A DNA stretch of 64,000 nt from Candidatus Eiseniibacteriota bacterium. GTDB lineage: Bacteria > Eisenbacteria > RBG-16-71-46 > SZUA-252. The notes beneath the pieces are model-generated. The model was not told the DNA's origin. It worked only from the letters and a program-made list of their open reading frames with translations, and made no database searches. Each line of letters opens with the position of its first letter. Positions within the stretch are counted from its first letter, which is position 1. Position numbers and translations under genes: made by a program. Below, one piece after another: positions 17,351 to 27,484 of the stretch. The stretch is from assembly GCA_005893165.1 (NCBI GenBank), contig VBOR01000057.1, forward strand, positions 15,408-79,407. Direction: 5' to 3'.

Positions 17351-19697
17351 CGCGCACATTCTTCCACTCTCCGGTCAGGACGAGCAGGCCCTGGCGAAGC
17401 TGCTCCAGCGGGAGGGGCTGAGGCTCACGCCCGGTGAAGCGCGGCGCATGCTCGAGCTCCTGGGGCGGGATCCCACGCGCGTCGAGGCCACGATCTTCGA
17501 CACCATGTGGAGCGAGCACTGCTCGTACAAGAGCAGCCGCTGGGTGCTGAAGGCGCACCTCCCGGTGGAGAGCCCCCGCGTGATCCTGGGTCCCGGGGAG
17601 GATGCCGGTGTGGTCCGGCTCGGCGTGCATCAAGGGGTGGAGTACGCGCTGGTCATCGCGCACGAGAGCCACAATCATCCGTCGCAAGTCGTCCCCACGG
17701 AAGGCGCGGCGACCGGGATCGGCGGCATCGTCCGCGACGTGGCCTGCATGGGCGCCGAGGTGATCGGTGTCCTGGACGCGCTCCGGTTCGGAGATCCGGA
17801 CGGACCGCGCGCCGCTCCGGTGCGCGAGATCGTGCGCGGCGTGGTGGACGGGATCTGGCAGTACGGAGACGCGCTCGGCGTTCCCAATCTCGGCGGCGAC
17901 GTCTTCTTCTCGCCGCGTTTCGACGAGAACTGTCTCGTGAACGTGGTCTCGCTGGGGTTGGTGCGCGCGGACCGCGTGGTGCGAAGCCGCGTCCCGGAGG
18001 CGGCTTCCCGGGAACCGTATGTCCTGATCCTGGTCGGAAAGCCCACCGACGAAACCGGATTCGGCGGCGCCTCGTTCGCGTCCGCGGTGCTCGAGGAGAA
18101 CGCTGAAGGACAGCGCGGGCACGTCCAGGTGCCCGATCCCTTCCTGAAGCGCGTCCTCCTCGAGGCGAACCGCGCGGTGCTCGAGTGGCTGCACCACGAG
18201 AAGGTCGCGTTCGGGTTCAAGGACCTCGGCGCGGGGGGCATCGCCTGCGCCTCCTCGGAGCTCGCGGCCGCGGGCGGATTCGGCATGGACGTGGATCTCG
18301 ACCGGGTACCGGCTTCGCGCGAGGATCTCCCGCCCGAGGTGCTGGCCTGCTCCGAGACGCAGGAGCGCTTCGCGATGGTGGTGCCGGAGCGCGTCGCGGA
18401 GCGCGTGCTGGATTTCTACAACAAGACCTACGCGCTCCCCGAGGTGTACCACGGCGCGCGCGCGGCGATCGTCGGCCGCGTGCGTCCCGACAAGCACTAC
18501 CGGATCCTGAAATCGGGCCAGCCGGTCGGCGACGCGTTGGTGGAGGTGATCACGGCGGGAATCGAGCACCGGCGTGCGGAGCGTCCGCGCGCTACCGCTC
18601 CGCCCGCGGAGCCGCTCCCTCCGGTGGAGGACCACGAGGCGTTCTTCACGCGCATGGTGGGGCGCCCCAATCTGGCGTCGCGCGAGCCCATCTTCCGGTA
18701 CTACGACACGGAGGTGCAGGGAAGGATGCTGATCCGCGCCGGCGAGGCGGACGCTTCGGTGCTGGCACCGGTGCCGGGATCGAAGCTGGGCGCGGCGATC
18801 ACCGTGGATGGAAACCCCTGGTGGGTCGCGGCCGACCCTTACTGGGGAACCGCGCACATCGTGGCCGAGGCCCTGCGGAATCTCGTCGCGGTGGGATCGG
18901 AGCCCGTCGCGCTCACCGATTGCCTCAACTTCGGGAATCCCGAGGACCCGGAGGTCTTCGCGGATTTCGTCCGGAGCGTGCGCGGGCTGGGAGACGCGGC
19001 GCGCGCTCTCGGCCCCGAGGGCCCTTCCGGTCCGCCGGTCGCGATCGTCTCGGGGAACGTCTCCTTCTACAACGAGTCCCGCTCAGGCCGCTCCATCGAG
19101 CCCTCTCCCATCATCGCGGGTCTCGGGGTGTTCGACGACGTGAGCGTGGCCACGACGTTCGGGATCAAGCGCGCGGGCAGCGTCCTGGTCCTGAGCGGCC
19201 CGCGGCAGGATCGTCTCGGCGCGTCCCAGTTGCGCCACGCGCTCACCGGGAAGACCGACGGCCCGCTGCCGGAGCTCGATTTCGACCGGGAGCGTAGACG
19301 CATCCACGCCACCCTCGACGCGGTGCGGAGCGGCTGCGTGCTCGCCGCGCACGATCTGGCCGAGGGGGGGCTCGCGATCGCGGCGCTCGAGATGGCGCTG
19401 GGCGGCTACGAGGCCCAGGGAATCGGAATGCAGATCCCGATCTCCGGGCTCGGGAGCACCCGCCCGGAATCACGCCTCTACTCGGAGGCGCCGGGGTTCC
19501 TCTACGAAGTGGCGAAGGAGCATTTACAGCAATTTCTCGGCCTCTTCGAGCGGTGGGGCGTGGACGTGACGATGACGGGGCGGACGCTGGCCGAGCCCCG
19601 GTTCCGGATTCTCGACGGAGGACACACGCTGGTGGACCTGGACCTCGAGAGCGTGCAGCGGATCCACGCGGACGCGCTCAAGCCGCTCGCGGAGTGA
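17316..19697 (+). CDS. purL: FGAM synthase subunit PurL (small type)
   Basis: MWSEHCSYKSS, ESHNHPS, GAATGIGGIVRD, KDLGAGG, SETQER, DCLNFGNPE, SGNVSFYNE. Confidence 0.95.
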   Translation: MFWESPLQQLDNAHILPLSGQDEQALAKLLQREGLRLTPGEARRMLELLGRDPTRVEATIFDTMWSEHCSYKSSRWVLKAHLPVESPRVILGPGEDAGVVRLGVHQGVEYALVIAHESHNHPSQVVPTEGAATGIGGIVRDVACMGAEVIGVLDALRFGDPDGPRAAPVREIVRGVVDGIWQYGDALGVPNLGGDVFFSPRFDENCLVNVVSLGLVRADRVVRSRVPEAASREPYVLILVGKPTDETGFGGASFASAVLEENAEGQRGHVQVPDPFLKRVLLEANRAVLEWLHHEKVAFGFKDLGAGGIACASSELAAAGGFGMDVDLDRVPASREDLPPEVLACSETQERFAMVVPERVAERVLDFYNKTYALPEVYHGARAAIVGRVRPDKHYRILKSGQPVGDALVEVITAGIEHRRAERPRATAPPAEPLPPVEDHEAFFTRMVGRPNLASREPIFRYYDTEVQGRMLIRAGEADASVLAPVPGSKLGAAITVDGNPWWVAADPYWGTAHIVAEALRNLVAVGSEPVALTDCLNFGNPEDPEVFADFVRSVRGLGDAARALGPEGPSGPPVAIVSGNVSFYNESRSGRSIEPSPIIAGLGVFDDVSVATTFGIKRAGSVLVLSGPRQDRLGASQLRHALTGKTDGPLPELDFDRERRRIHATLDAVRSGCVLAAHDLAEGGLAIAALEMALGGYEAQGIGMQIPISGLGSTRPESRLYSEAPGFLYEVAKEHLQQFLGLFERWGVDVTMTGRTLAEPRFRILDGGHTLVDLDLESVQRIHADALKPLAE

Positions 19698-19699
19698 CG

Positions 19700-20560
19700 A
19701 TGGCGCGCGTCGCGGTGGTGCAGATTCCCGGGGTCAATTGCGAGTACGAGACCGCGCGCGCCCTCGAGGTCGTCGGCCTCACGGCCAGGATCGTGCGCTG
19801 GAACGAGCCCGCGTCGGTCTGGAGCGAGTTCGACGCGTACGTGATTCCGGGAGGGTTCGCGTTTCAAGACAGGATCCGCGCCGGCGCCGTCGCGGCCAAG
19901 CTGCCCGCCGTGGACCGCATCGCGGCGGAGGCGGAGCGCGGAAAGCCGGTGCTGGGGATCTGCAACGGCGCCCAGGTGCTGGTCGAGGCGGGGCTCGTGC
20001 CGGGACTCCATCCGGGCAGGGTGGAGATGGCGCTCGCGCCGAACCGGGCGCCGAGGCGCGAGGGATATCTCTGCCGCTGGTCCTGGCTCGGCGTGACGCC
20101 GGGCCCGGGAAGCTCCTGGTACGCCCGGAACGTGCGTCCCGGACAGGTGATTCCGATGCCCATCGCGCACGGGGAGGGGCGCTTCCTTACGGCGGACCCC
20201 GAAGTGCAGGAGCGCATCGAAATAGAGAACCTGGTGCTCTATCGCTTCGTCGCCCCCTCGGGGGGACGGGCGGTCCGCTATCCCTTCGATCCGAACGGAG
20301 CCACGCTGCAGGCTGCGGGAATCACGAACCGGGCGGGGAATATCCTGGCCTTCATGCCGCATCCGGAGCGCGCGACGTGGCTCCGGCAGGTCCCGCTCGA
20401 GCTGAAGAACGCCTGGGGGGAATCGCGCCGGGCCGCGGTGGGGAACTGGGAAGCGCTCGAGGGACCGGGCCCGGGGAGAATCCTCTTCCAGTCCCTCGCG
20501 TCGAACCTTCTTTCCCCCTCGGCCGAGGGAGCACGTCCCGGGCGCGAGGCGCGATCGTGA
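19700..20560 (+). CDS. purQ: FGAM synthase glutaminase subunit PurQ
   Basis: PGVNCEYE, PGGFAFQD, GICNGAQVL, IAHGEG, MPHPER. Confidence 0.95.
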   Translation: MARVAVVQIPGVNCEYETARALEVVGLTARIVRWNEPASVWSEFDAYVIPGGFAFQDRIRAGAVAAKLPAVDRIAAEAERGKPVLGICNGAQVLVEAGLVPGLHPGRVEMALAPNRAPRREGYLCRWSWLGVTPGPGSSWYARNVRPGQVIPMPIAHGEGRFLTADPEVQERIEIENLVLYRFVAPSGGRAVRYPFDPNGATLQAAGITNRAGNILAFMPHPERATWLRQVPLELKNAWGESRRAAVGNWEALEGPGPGRILFQSLASNLLSPSAEGARPGREARS

Positions 20561-21156
20561 GCGCGGTGCTCCTGGTCGGGCTCAAGATCACGGACCTGAG
20601 CGCCTGGACCGCGCTCGAGACGGGCCGGAGACTCCTCGAGCCGGGGCATACGCTGAGCCGGATCGCGCGGGAGCAGCTGCTCCTCTTCGAGCCCGAGCCC
20701 GGCGGCAAGGCGGAAACGTTCGAGCGCACGCTGGGAGAAGCGGTGCGTCAATCCAATTTCTTCGTGAACCCGAACAAGGAGCGCTACCGGTTTCTCACGT
20801 CGTCCGAGCGAGGGGAGTCCTGGTCGCCGCCCGACAGCGCCTGGGGGATCCTGAGCCGGGTGCGCGAGGACACGCGGGACGACGGGCTCAAAGCGCGGCT
20901 CCTGCGCGAGCATCCGATGCCGGGGCTGGGCGCGATCCGTAGAGCGAAGGTCTGGTGGCTCTGGTCGCGCGGACCGGACGGAACGCCGGCGGCGCCCTAT
21001 TTCCGCGAGACGCTCGGGGAGCTTCGGGACCAGCGGCACGGGCTCCTCGTGAACCCGCACGCCGAGACCGCAATGCTGCTGCACGGCGCGACTCCCTGGA
21101 GCCGCGTCGACCGATTCCTGATCCAGCCTGCGCCCGCGCTCCGGGCAGCGGCGTGA
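20557..21156 (+). CDS. putative tandem (two-repeat) PurS-like protein
   Basis: 199 aa between purQ and purF, GTGA-coupled; two halves end in FFVNPNKERY and LLVNPHAE, resembling the PurS C-terminal LLANxVIE motif. Confidence 0.6.
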   Translation: MSAVLLVGLKITDLSAWTALETGRRLLEPGHTLSRIAREQLLLFEPEPGGKAETFERTLGEAVRQSNFFVNPNKERYRFLTSSERGESWSPPDSAWGILSRVREDTRDDGLKARLLREHPMPGLGAIRRAKVWWLWSRGPDGTPAAPYFRETLGELRDQRHGLLVNPHAETAMLLHGATPWSRVDRFLIQPAPALRAAA

Positions 21157-21166
21157 GGGAGATCCC

Positions 21167-22624
21167 ATGAACGAGAGCCGTGAACGAACGGATGCCCGCA
21201 TCGAGCGGAACGGGGACCGTCTTCGCGAGGAGTGCGGCGTGTTCGGGATCTGGGGCGCGGAGAACGCGGCCCGGCTCACGTACGCGGGTCTCTACGCGCT
21301 TCAGCACCGGGGTCAGGAGAGCGCGGGCATCGTGGCCACGGACGGCATCGAGTTCCACCATCACAAGGGCGTCGGGCTGGTCCCGGACGTCTTCTCGGGC
21401 AACGTGCTCGACACGCTGCCGGGGTCGATCGCGATCGGGCACAACCGCTACTCCACTCAGGGGAGCTCCCTCTTGCGCAACGCGCAGCCCCTCGTCGTGG
21501 ATTTCCGAGAGGGCATGCTGGCGCTCGGCCACAACGGAAACCTCGTGAACGCGCTCGCGCTCCGGAACGAGCTGGAGTCGCAGGGCTCGATCTTCCAGAC
21601 CACGAGCGACACCGAGGTCATCCTGCACCTCATCGCCCGCTCCAAATCCACGGAGATCGAGCGGATGATCCCGGAGGCGCTGGCGCGCTGCCAGGGAGCC
21701 TTCACCCTCGTGATTCTCGCCGACGGCAAGCTGATCGGCGTTCGCGACCCCCGCGGATTCCGGCCGCTCTGTCTCGGGAGGCGCGGCGAAGCGCACGTGC
21801 TCGCGAGCGAGACCTGTGCCCTGGACATGGTGGGCGCGGAATTCGTGCGAGAGATCCGTCCAGGAGAGCTGGTGATGATCGACGGCTCGGGAGTCAAATC
21901 CTACTCCGCGCTCACGCCCAAGCCCTCGCGGGCCTGTGTCTTCGAGCTGATCTACTTCTCGCGCCCCGACAGCGAGGTCTTCGGCGAGAGCGTCGATCAG
22001 ATCCGCAGGCGCCTGGGACGGACCCTCGCCAAGGAGCACCCCGCCCCCGCGGACATCGTCATCTCGGTCCCCGACTCGAGCAACTCCGCGGCCCTGGGCT
22101 ACTCGGAGGAATCGCGCATTCCCTTCGAGCTGGGCCTGATCCGGAACCATTACGTGGGGCGCACGTTCATCGCGCCGCAGCAGATGAAGCGGGATTTCGG
22201 CGTGAATCTGAAGTTCAACCCGGTGCGGCGGATCCTGGAAGGGAAGCGCGTGGTGGTCGTGGACGATTCGATCGTCCGCGGCACCACGAGCCGGAGCCTG
22301 GTCGCGATGCTCCGGAGCGCCGGCGCGCGCGAGATCCACATGCGCGTCTCCAGCCCGCCCATCGGCTGGTCCTGCTACTACGGGATCGACACGCCGAATC
22401 GCAAGGAGCTGATCGCCTCCTCCCACACGGTCGAGGAGATCCGGAAGTACCTGCACGTGGATTCGCTGGGATACCTCTCCATGGAAGGGCTCCGCTCCTG
22501 CGTCTCGCGCCCCGACGATCACTGCTACGCGTGCTTCGACGGCAAGTACTCGGAGTGGTACGGAGAGCCTCTCGGCAAGCTGGCCATGGAACGGCCGCAA
22601 ACCCGTATCGAAGGACGCCGTTAG
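21167..22624 (+). CDS. purF: amidophosphoribosyltransferase
   Basis: Propeptide then ECGVFG, LQHRGQE, HNGNL, CVFELIYFSRPDS, VDDSIVRGTT, Fe-S cysteines (SCYYG, CYACF). Confidence 0.96.
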   Translation: MNESRERTDARIERNGDRLREECGVFGIWGAENAARLTYAGLYALQHRGQESAGIVATDGIEFHHHKGVGLVPDVFSGNVLDTLPGSIAIGHNRYSTQGSSLLRNAQPLVVDFREGMLALGHNGNLVNALALRNELESQGSIFQTTSDTEVILHLIARSKSTEIERMIPEALARCQGAFTLVILADGKLIGVRDPRGFRPLCLGRRGEAHVLASETCALDMVGAEFVREIRPGELVMIDGSGVKSYSALTPKPSRACVFELIYFSRPDSEVFGESVDQIRRRLGRTLAKEHPAPADIVISVPDSSNSAALGYSEESRIPFELGLIRNHYVGRTFIAPQQMKRDFGVNLKFNPVRRILEGKRVVVVDDSIVRGTTSRSLVAMLRSAGAREIHMRVSSPPIGWSCYYGIDTPNRKELIASSHTVEEIRKYLHVDSLGYLSMEGLRSCVSRPDDHCYACFDGKYSEWYGEPLGKLAMERPQTRIEGRR

Positions 22625-22640
22625 CCCCGTTTCGCCCTTC

Positions 22641-22668
22641 TCAAGTTCGGTTCCACCGATGCCGATGA
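22641..22668 (+). promoter_or_regulatory. sigma28 (FliA/WhiG)-like promoter
   Basis: TCAAG-15nt-GCCGATGA, 38 nt upstream of the ATPase start. Confidence 0.45.
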
Positions 22669-22705
22669 ATGCCTCGATCCGCCCACAGGCACGAGGGACC
22701 GATCG

Positions 22706-24802
22706 GTGTCCGAATCCACCAACGTCGCACGCAAGAAGCTGGGGGAATACCTGCTCGAGGCCGGTATCATCACGGACCGGCAGCTCAAGGAGGCTCTGAG
22801 GCGGCAACGCCAGACCAAGGAGCCGCTCGGGCACATCCTCGCCCGCCAGGGCATGGTGAGCGAGGCGGACATCTGCCGCGTCCTGCACCAGCAGCTGGGC
22901 CTTCCCATCGTCGAGCTGGAGAGCATCGCCATCGACGAGCAGGTGATCGCGCTCGTTCGCGAGGACCTGGCCAAGAAATACACCGCGATCCCGATCGAGC
23001 TCGAGAATCGCAGCACGATCCGCGTGGCCCTGGCGGATCCCTTGAACGCGCAGGCGCTCGAGGACATCAAGTTCCAGAGCGGCTACTTCGTGCGTCCGGT
23101 CCTGGCGCCCCCCTCCGAGATCGTGGAAGCGATCGCGAAGTACTACCATATCGACGCCTCCGTCGTGGAGATCCTCGAGAACATCATCAAGAACGATCCG
23201 ATCCAGGAGATCCGGGAGATCGTTCCGAGCGAGGGGGAGGAGAACCTCGACGAGCTGATGAAGGTCAGCTCGGGCCCTCCGATCGTGCGACTCGCGAACT
23301 GGGTGATCACGCGCGCGGTCGAGATGAGGGCGAGCGACATCCACGTCGAGCCCCAGGACAAGTGGGTCGGCGTCCGGTGCCGCGTGGACGGCCTGCTGCA
23401 AGACCTGGAGCGGCTTCCCAAGTGGACCCAGGGGGCGCTGGTCTCGCGCATCAAGATCCTGGCCACCCTGGACATCGCCGAGAAGAGGCTTCCACAAGAT
23501 GGCAGCTTCCGGGTGGAGATCGACAACCGACGCATCGACCTCCGCGTCTCGACCCTCCCCACGGCGCACGGCGAGAAAATCGTGATCCGCATCGTGGACC
23601 AGGAGCGCTCGGCGCTCCATCTGGACTCGCTCGGGCTCTCCGAACAGGCGCTGAACCGGATCCGCGCCTACGGCCAGCGTCCGCAGGGGATCGTGGCCGT
23701 CACCGGACCGACGGGAAGCGGCAAGAGCACGCTCCTCTACTCGCTCCTCCAGCACATCCACAGCGTGACCAAGAACATCCTCACCGTGGAGGACCCGATC
23801 GAGTACCAGATCTCCGGGATCAACCAGGTCCAGGTGGACGAGAAGAGCAAGAAGACCTTCGCCGCGATCCTCCGCGCCATGCTGCGCCAGGATCCCGACG
23901 TCATGATGATCGGAGAGGTCCGGGATCTCGAGACGGCGCAGATCGCCTTCCGCGCCTCGATCACCGGGCACCTCGTGCTGTCCACGGTGCACACCAACGA
24001 CGCCGCCTCCGCGGTCACGCGTCTCGTGGACCTGGGGCTCCAGCCCTACATGGTGGCCTCGAGCCTGATCAGCGTCATCTCGATGCGGCTGGTGCGGCTT
24101 CTCTGCCCCAAGTGCAAGGACCAGTACGCGCCGGTGGGGGACGAGCTCCGAATTCTGGGATTGACGTCGCGTGAGGCGCAGGGGGTCGGTCTCTTCCGCC
24201 CCGTCGGCTGCGAGAACTGCAACCAGACCGGATACCGGGGCCGGACCGGGATCTTCGAAATCCTGGAACTGGACGACCCGCTTCGCCGGCTCATCGCGGC
24301 GGGCGGCGCGGAGTCGATGATCCGTGCCGCGGCCGTGGAGAGCGGCATGACGCCGATCGGAGAGGACGGCCTCATGAAGGTGATGGCGGGCGAGACCTCC
24401 CTCGAAGAGCTGCGGCGCGTCGTCTTCTACGAGGAGGAGGCCGCGCGCCTCTGTCCTTCCTGCCGCCAGACCGCCGCGGCCGAATACCACTTCTGTCCGC
24501 ATTGCGGGCACACGATCACGGCCGCCTGCTTGAAGTGCGACCGCCGGGTGGACGCGACCTGGGAATTCTGTCCCGGCTGCGGGACTCATCGCGTGCCCAG
24601 CGTGATCGCCGGGACCGACGAGAGCCTGATTCCCGCGCCCGAGCCCGCGCGCGCCGCGCCGGCGCGCGTGCCGGTTCCCCCGCGTCCTCCGGGCTCGCCG
24701 CGCACTCCTTCGCCGCAGCGAACCGACGTGCGCCGGGACCTTCCAGCGTCCGGAGAATCGTGTCCGTCCAAGATTCGCGCCGCGAGAAACTCGACTCTCT
24801 GA
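22706..24802 (+). CDS. PilB/GspE-family secretion ATPase with N-terminal MshEN motif and C-terminal double zinc ribbon
   Basis: KLGEYLLEAGIIT...LKEALRRQ; ASDIHVEP, PQDG, Walker A GPTGSGKS, EDPIE, RQDPD...GEVRD, TGHLVLSTVHTN, tetracysteine motif, then four extra CxxC. Confidence 0.9.
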   Translation: MSESTNVARKKLGEYLLEAGIITDRQLKEALRRQRQTKEPLGHILARQGMVSEADICRVLHQQLGLPIVELESIAIDEQVIALVREDLAKKYTAIPIELENRSTIRVALADPLNAQALEDIKFQSGYFVRPVLAPPSEIVEAIAKYYHIDASVVEILENIIKNDPIQEIREIVPSEGEENLDELMKVSSGPPIVRLANWVITRAVEMRASDIHVEPQDKWVGVRCRVDGLLQDLERLPKWTQGALVSRIKILATLDIAEKRLPQDGSFRVEIDNRRIDLRVSTLPTAHGEKIVIRIVDQERSALHLDSLGLSEQALNRIRAYGQRPQGIVAVTGPTGSGKSTLLYSLLQHIHSVTKNILTVEDPIEYQISGINQVQVDEKSKKTFAAILRAMLRQDPDVMMIGEVRDLETAQIAFRASITGHLVLSTVHTNDAASAVTRLVDLGLQPYMVASSLISVISMRLVRLLCPKCKDQYAPVGDELRILGLTSREAQGVGLFRPVGCENCNQTGYRGRTGIFEILELDDPLRRLIAAGGAESMIRAAAVESGMTPIGEDGLMKVMAGETSLEELRRVVFYEEEAARLCPSCRQTAAAEYHFCPHCGHTITAACLKCDRRVDATWEFCPGCGTHRVPSVIAGTDESLIPAPEPARAAPARVPVPPRPPGSPRTPSPQRTDVRRDLPASGESCPSKIRAARNSTL

Positions 24803-26223
24803 TCCAGCGCGGAATCCAGCCCTACGCGTACCGCTTCGACACCACCCACGGCTTCTGCGACATCCAGGAGCGTCACAAGGAGCTGGAGCAATCGGGGGAG
24901 CGCGTTCGCTACGCGGGGCGCCTCATGACCAAGCGCGGACACGGCAAGGCCGCCTTCGCGCACGTCAAGGACCGCCTGGGAGCGCAGCAGGTGTACTTCC
25001 GCGAGGACGCGCTCGGAGCGGAGGCCTTCGCCCGCGCCATGGATCTGGACCTGGGGGATTGGATCGGCGTGGAGGGAACCGTGTTCGTGACGAAGACGGG
25101 GGAGATCACGATCCGCGCCGAGCGCGTCGAGCTCCTGGCGAAATCGCTCCGGCCGCTCCCCGAGAAATGGCACGGCCTGACGGACGTGGAGATCCGCTAC
25201 CGGCAGCGCTACACCGACTTGATCGTGAACGACGAGGTGCGCCTCGTGTTCCGGCAGCGGGCGGCGATCATCCGCGCGCTGCGCGCGTTCCTCGACGCGC
25301 GCCAATTCCTCGAGGTCGAGACGCCTGTGCTGCAGCCGCTCTACGGCGGAGCGTCCGCCCGCCCCTTCGTGACCCGGCACAACACCCTCGACATGGACCT
25401 CTATCTTCGCATCGCGGACGAGCTGTATCTGAAACGGCTCATCGTAGGCGGGCTGGAGCGCGTCTACGAGATCTCCAAGGATTTCCGGAACGAGGGCATG
25501 GACCGGACCCATAATCCCGAGTTCACCATGCTCGAGTTCTACCAGGCGTTCGCGGACTACGAGGAGATGCTCGAGACCACGCAGGCGATGATCCTCGAGA
25601 CGGTGATGGCGGTGCGCGGCACGACCACGGTCTCCTTCGGTAGTGCGGAGATCGATTTCACGCCTCCCTGGCGCCGGCTCACGATCCGCGAGGCCGCGGC
25701 GACGGGGCTGGGCGTCCGGGAGCTTCCGCGGGACGAACGCACGCTCCGCGATGCGGCCGCGCGCGCGGGTGTGAAGCTGGATCCGGCGTTCGGCTACGGC
25801 CGGATCCTGGACGAGATCGTCTCGGAGAAGGTGCAGCCGCAGCTTCAGAACCCCACCTTCCTCGTGGACCATCCCCGCGAGATCTCGCCGCTCGCGAAAG
25901 TGAAGCGCGGGAATCCCGACGTGGTGGAGCGCTTCGAGCTGATCATCGCGGGCATGGAGGTGGCGAACGCCTTCTCCGAGCAGAACGATCCCCTGGAGCA
26001 GCGGCGCGCCTTCGAGCAGCAAGCAACGCTGCGCGAGCGGGGGGACGAGGAGGCGCAGACCCTCGACCTGGACTTCCTGCGGGCCCTCGAGATGGGGATG
26101 CCTCCCACGGGCGGAGTCGGGGTGGGCATCGACCGCCTGGTCATGCTCCTCACGGGCTCTCCCTCCATCCGGGACGTGATTCTCTTCCCGCAGATGCGTC
26201 CCGAGGACGGGCATGACGAGTAG
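24760..26223 (+). CDS. lysS: lysyl-tRNA synthetase (class II)
   Basis: RYRQRYTDL, EVETP, GGASARPF, LRIADELYLKRL, FRNEG, HNPEFT, GMPPTGGVGVGIDRL; GTG 24760. Confidence 0.95.
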   Translation: MSVQDSRREKLDSLIQRGIQPYAYRFDTTHGFCDIQERHKELEQSGERVRYAGRLMTKRGHGKAAFAHVKDRLGAQQVYFREDALGAEAFARAMDLDLGDWIGVEGTVFVTKTGEITIRAERVELLAKSLRPLPEKWHGLTDVEIRYRQRYTDLIVNDEVRLVFRQRAAIIRALRAFLDARQFLEVETPVLQPLYGGASARPFVTRHNTLDMDLYLRIADELYLKRLIVGGLERVYEISKDFRNEGMDRTHNPEFTMLEFYQAFADYEEMLETTQAMILETVMAVRGTTTVSFGSAEIDFTPPWRRLTIREAAATGLGVRELPRDERTLRDAAARAGVKLDPAFGYGRILDEIVSEKVQPQLQNPTFLVDHPREISPLAKVKRGNPDVVERFELIIAGMEVANAFSEQNDPLEQRRAFEQQATLRERGDEEAQTLDLDFLRALEMGMPPTGGVGVGIDRLVMLLTGSPSIRDVILFPQMRPEDGHDE

Positions 26224-26260
26224 CGGGCTCCCGCGCGGCTGAGGCCGCCGCGGATCTCCC

Positions 26261-27484
26261 ATGGGGCTCGTCTGGATCGTCGCCTCCCGCTACCTGCGCT
26301 CCAAGCGCCGGCTCAGCTTCATCACGCTCGTCAGCCTGCTTGCCTCGGGCGGCGTCTTCGTGGGCGTCGCGGCGCTCACCATCGTGCTCTCCGTCATGAA
26401 CGGTTTCGAGGACCAGGTGCAGCGGCGGATCGCGGGGACGAACGCGCACGTCGCGGTCCTGTCCGCGGACGACCGGCCCGTCCTTCCCTCCGACACCCTC
26501 CTCGCCAAGGTCCAGGCCGCGGCCCCCGGGTCCGCGGTGGCGCCTTTCGTGTACGGCAAGGTCATGGTGGCCTCGCGAAGCAGCGTGGACGGGATGGTCC
26601 TGAAGGGCGTGGACCCGGCAGGGGAGGCGCGCGTCACCGACATCATGGAGCACCTCACGCCCTCGGGGCACCCGCTCGATGGGGGCGACCTTCCGGGCAT
26701 CGGGCTCGGGGAGGAGCTGGCGGTCCGGCTGCGCGTCGCGGTCGGAGACGTCATCATCATCAGCCTCCCCACGGAGGAGCCGGGCGGCATCTTCGGGGGC
26801 GTTCCGCGCGTGAAGCGCCTCCGCGTGGGCTCGATCTTCCGCTCCGGGCTCTACGAGTACGACTCCTCGTTCGGGATCGTGCGGATCGAGACGGCGCAGT
26901 CCTTCTTCGCGCTGGATCGCGCCGTGACCGGGTTCGAGCTGCGCATCCGCGACATGTTCCAGGCCCGCGAGACGGCGCACGCGATCGAAACGAAGCTGGG
27001 CCCGGACTACCGGGTGACGAACTGGATCGACCTCAACCGGAATCTCTTCGCCTGGATGAAAATCGAGAAGACCGTGATGTTCACGATCCTGATCCTGATC
27101 GTGCTGGTCGCCACGGTGAACATCGTGTCAAGTCTCGTGATGCTCGTGCTGGAGAAGCGCCGGGACATTGGGGTTTTACGGACGATGGGAGTCACCCCCC
27201 ACGGGATCATGAGGATCTTTCTTCTGCAAGGAACGCTCGTCGGGCTGGCGGGCACGGGGCTGGGGCTTCTCGTGGGCTGGGGCGTCTCCTTCGTCCTGGG
27301 GCGTTACAAGCTCCTCCACCTGCCGGGCGAGATCTACTTCATCGACACGCTGCCGGTGAAGATCGAGTGGACCGACTTCGCGCTGGTCGCCGCCGCGGCC
27401 ACGGCGCTCTGCTTCGTGGCCAGCCTCTATCCCGCCTGGCGGGCCGCGAGGCTTGCCCCGGTGGAGTCCATCCGGTATGAATGA
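26261..27484 (+). CDS. lolE: lipoprotein-releasing ABC permease LolC/E
   Basis: ASRYL, VLSVMNGF, EKRRDIGVLRTMG, IYFIDTLP, SLYPAWRAARLAP. Confidence 0.88.
   Translation: MGLVWIVASRYLRSKRRLSFITLVSLLASGGVFVGVAALTIVLSVMNGFEDQVQRRIAGTNAHVAVLSADDRPVLPSDTLLAKVQAAAPGSAVAPFVYGKVMVASRSSVDGMVLKGVDPAGEARVTDIMEHLTPSGHPLDGGDLPGIGLGEELAVRLRVAVGDVIIISLPTEEPGGIFGGVPRVKRLRVGSIFRSGLYEYDSSFGIVRIETAQSFFALDRAVTGFELRIRDMFQARETAHAIETKLGPDYRVTNWIDLNRNLFAWMKIEKTVMFTILILIVLVATVNIVSSLVMLVLEKRRDIGVLRTMGVTPHGIMRIFLLQGTLVGLAGTGLGLLVGWGVSFVLGRYKLLHLPGEIYFIDTLPVKIEWTDFALVAAAATALCFVASLYPAWRAARLAPVESIRYE

Noticed and set aside
20888-24589. 1233-aa minus-strand ORF and many other long antisense or alternate-frame ORFs
   Set aside because: Shadow ORFs expected from high-GC codon bias; no recognisable motifs, and they overlap well-supported genes.
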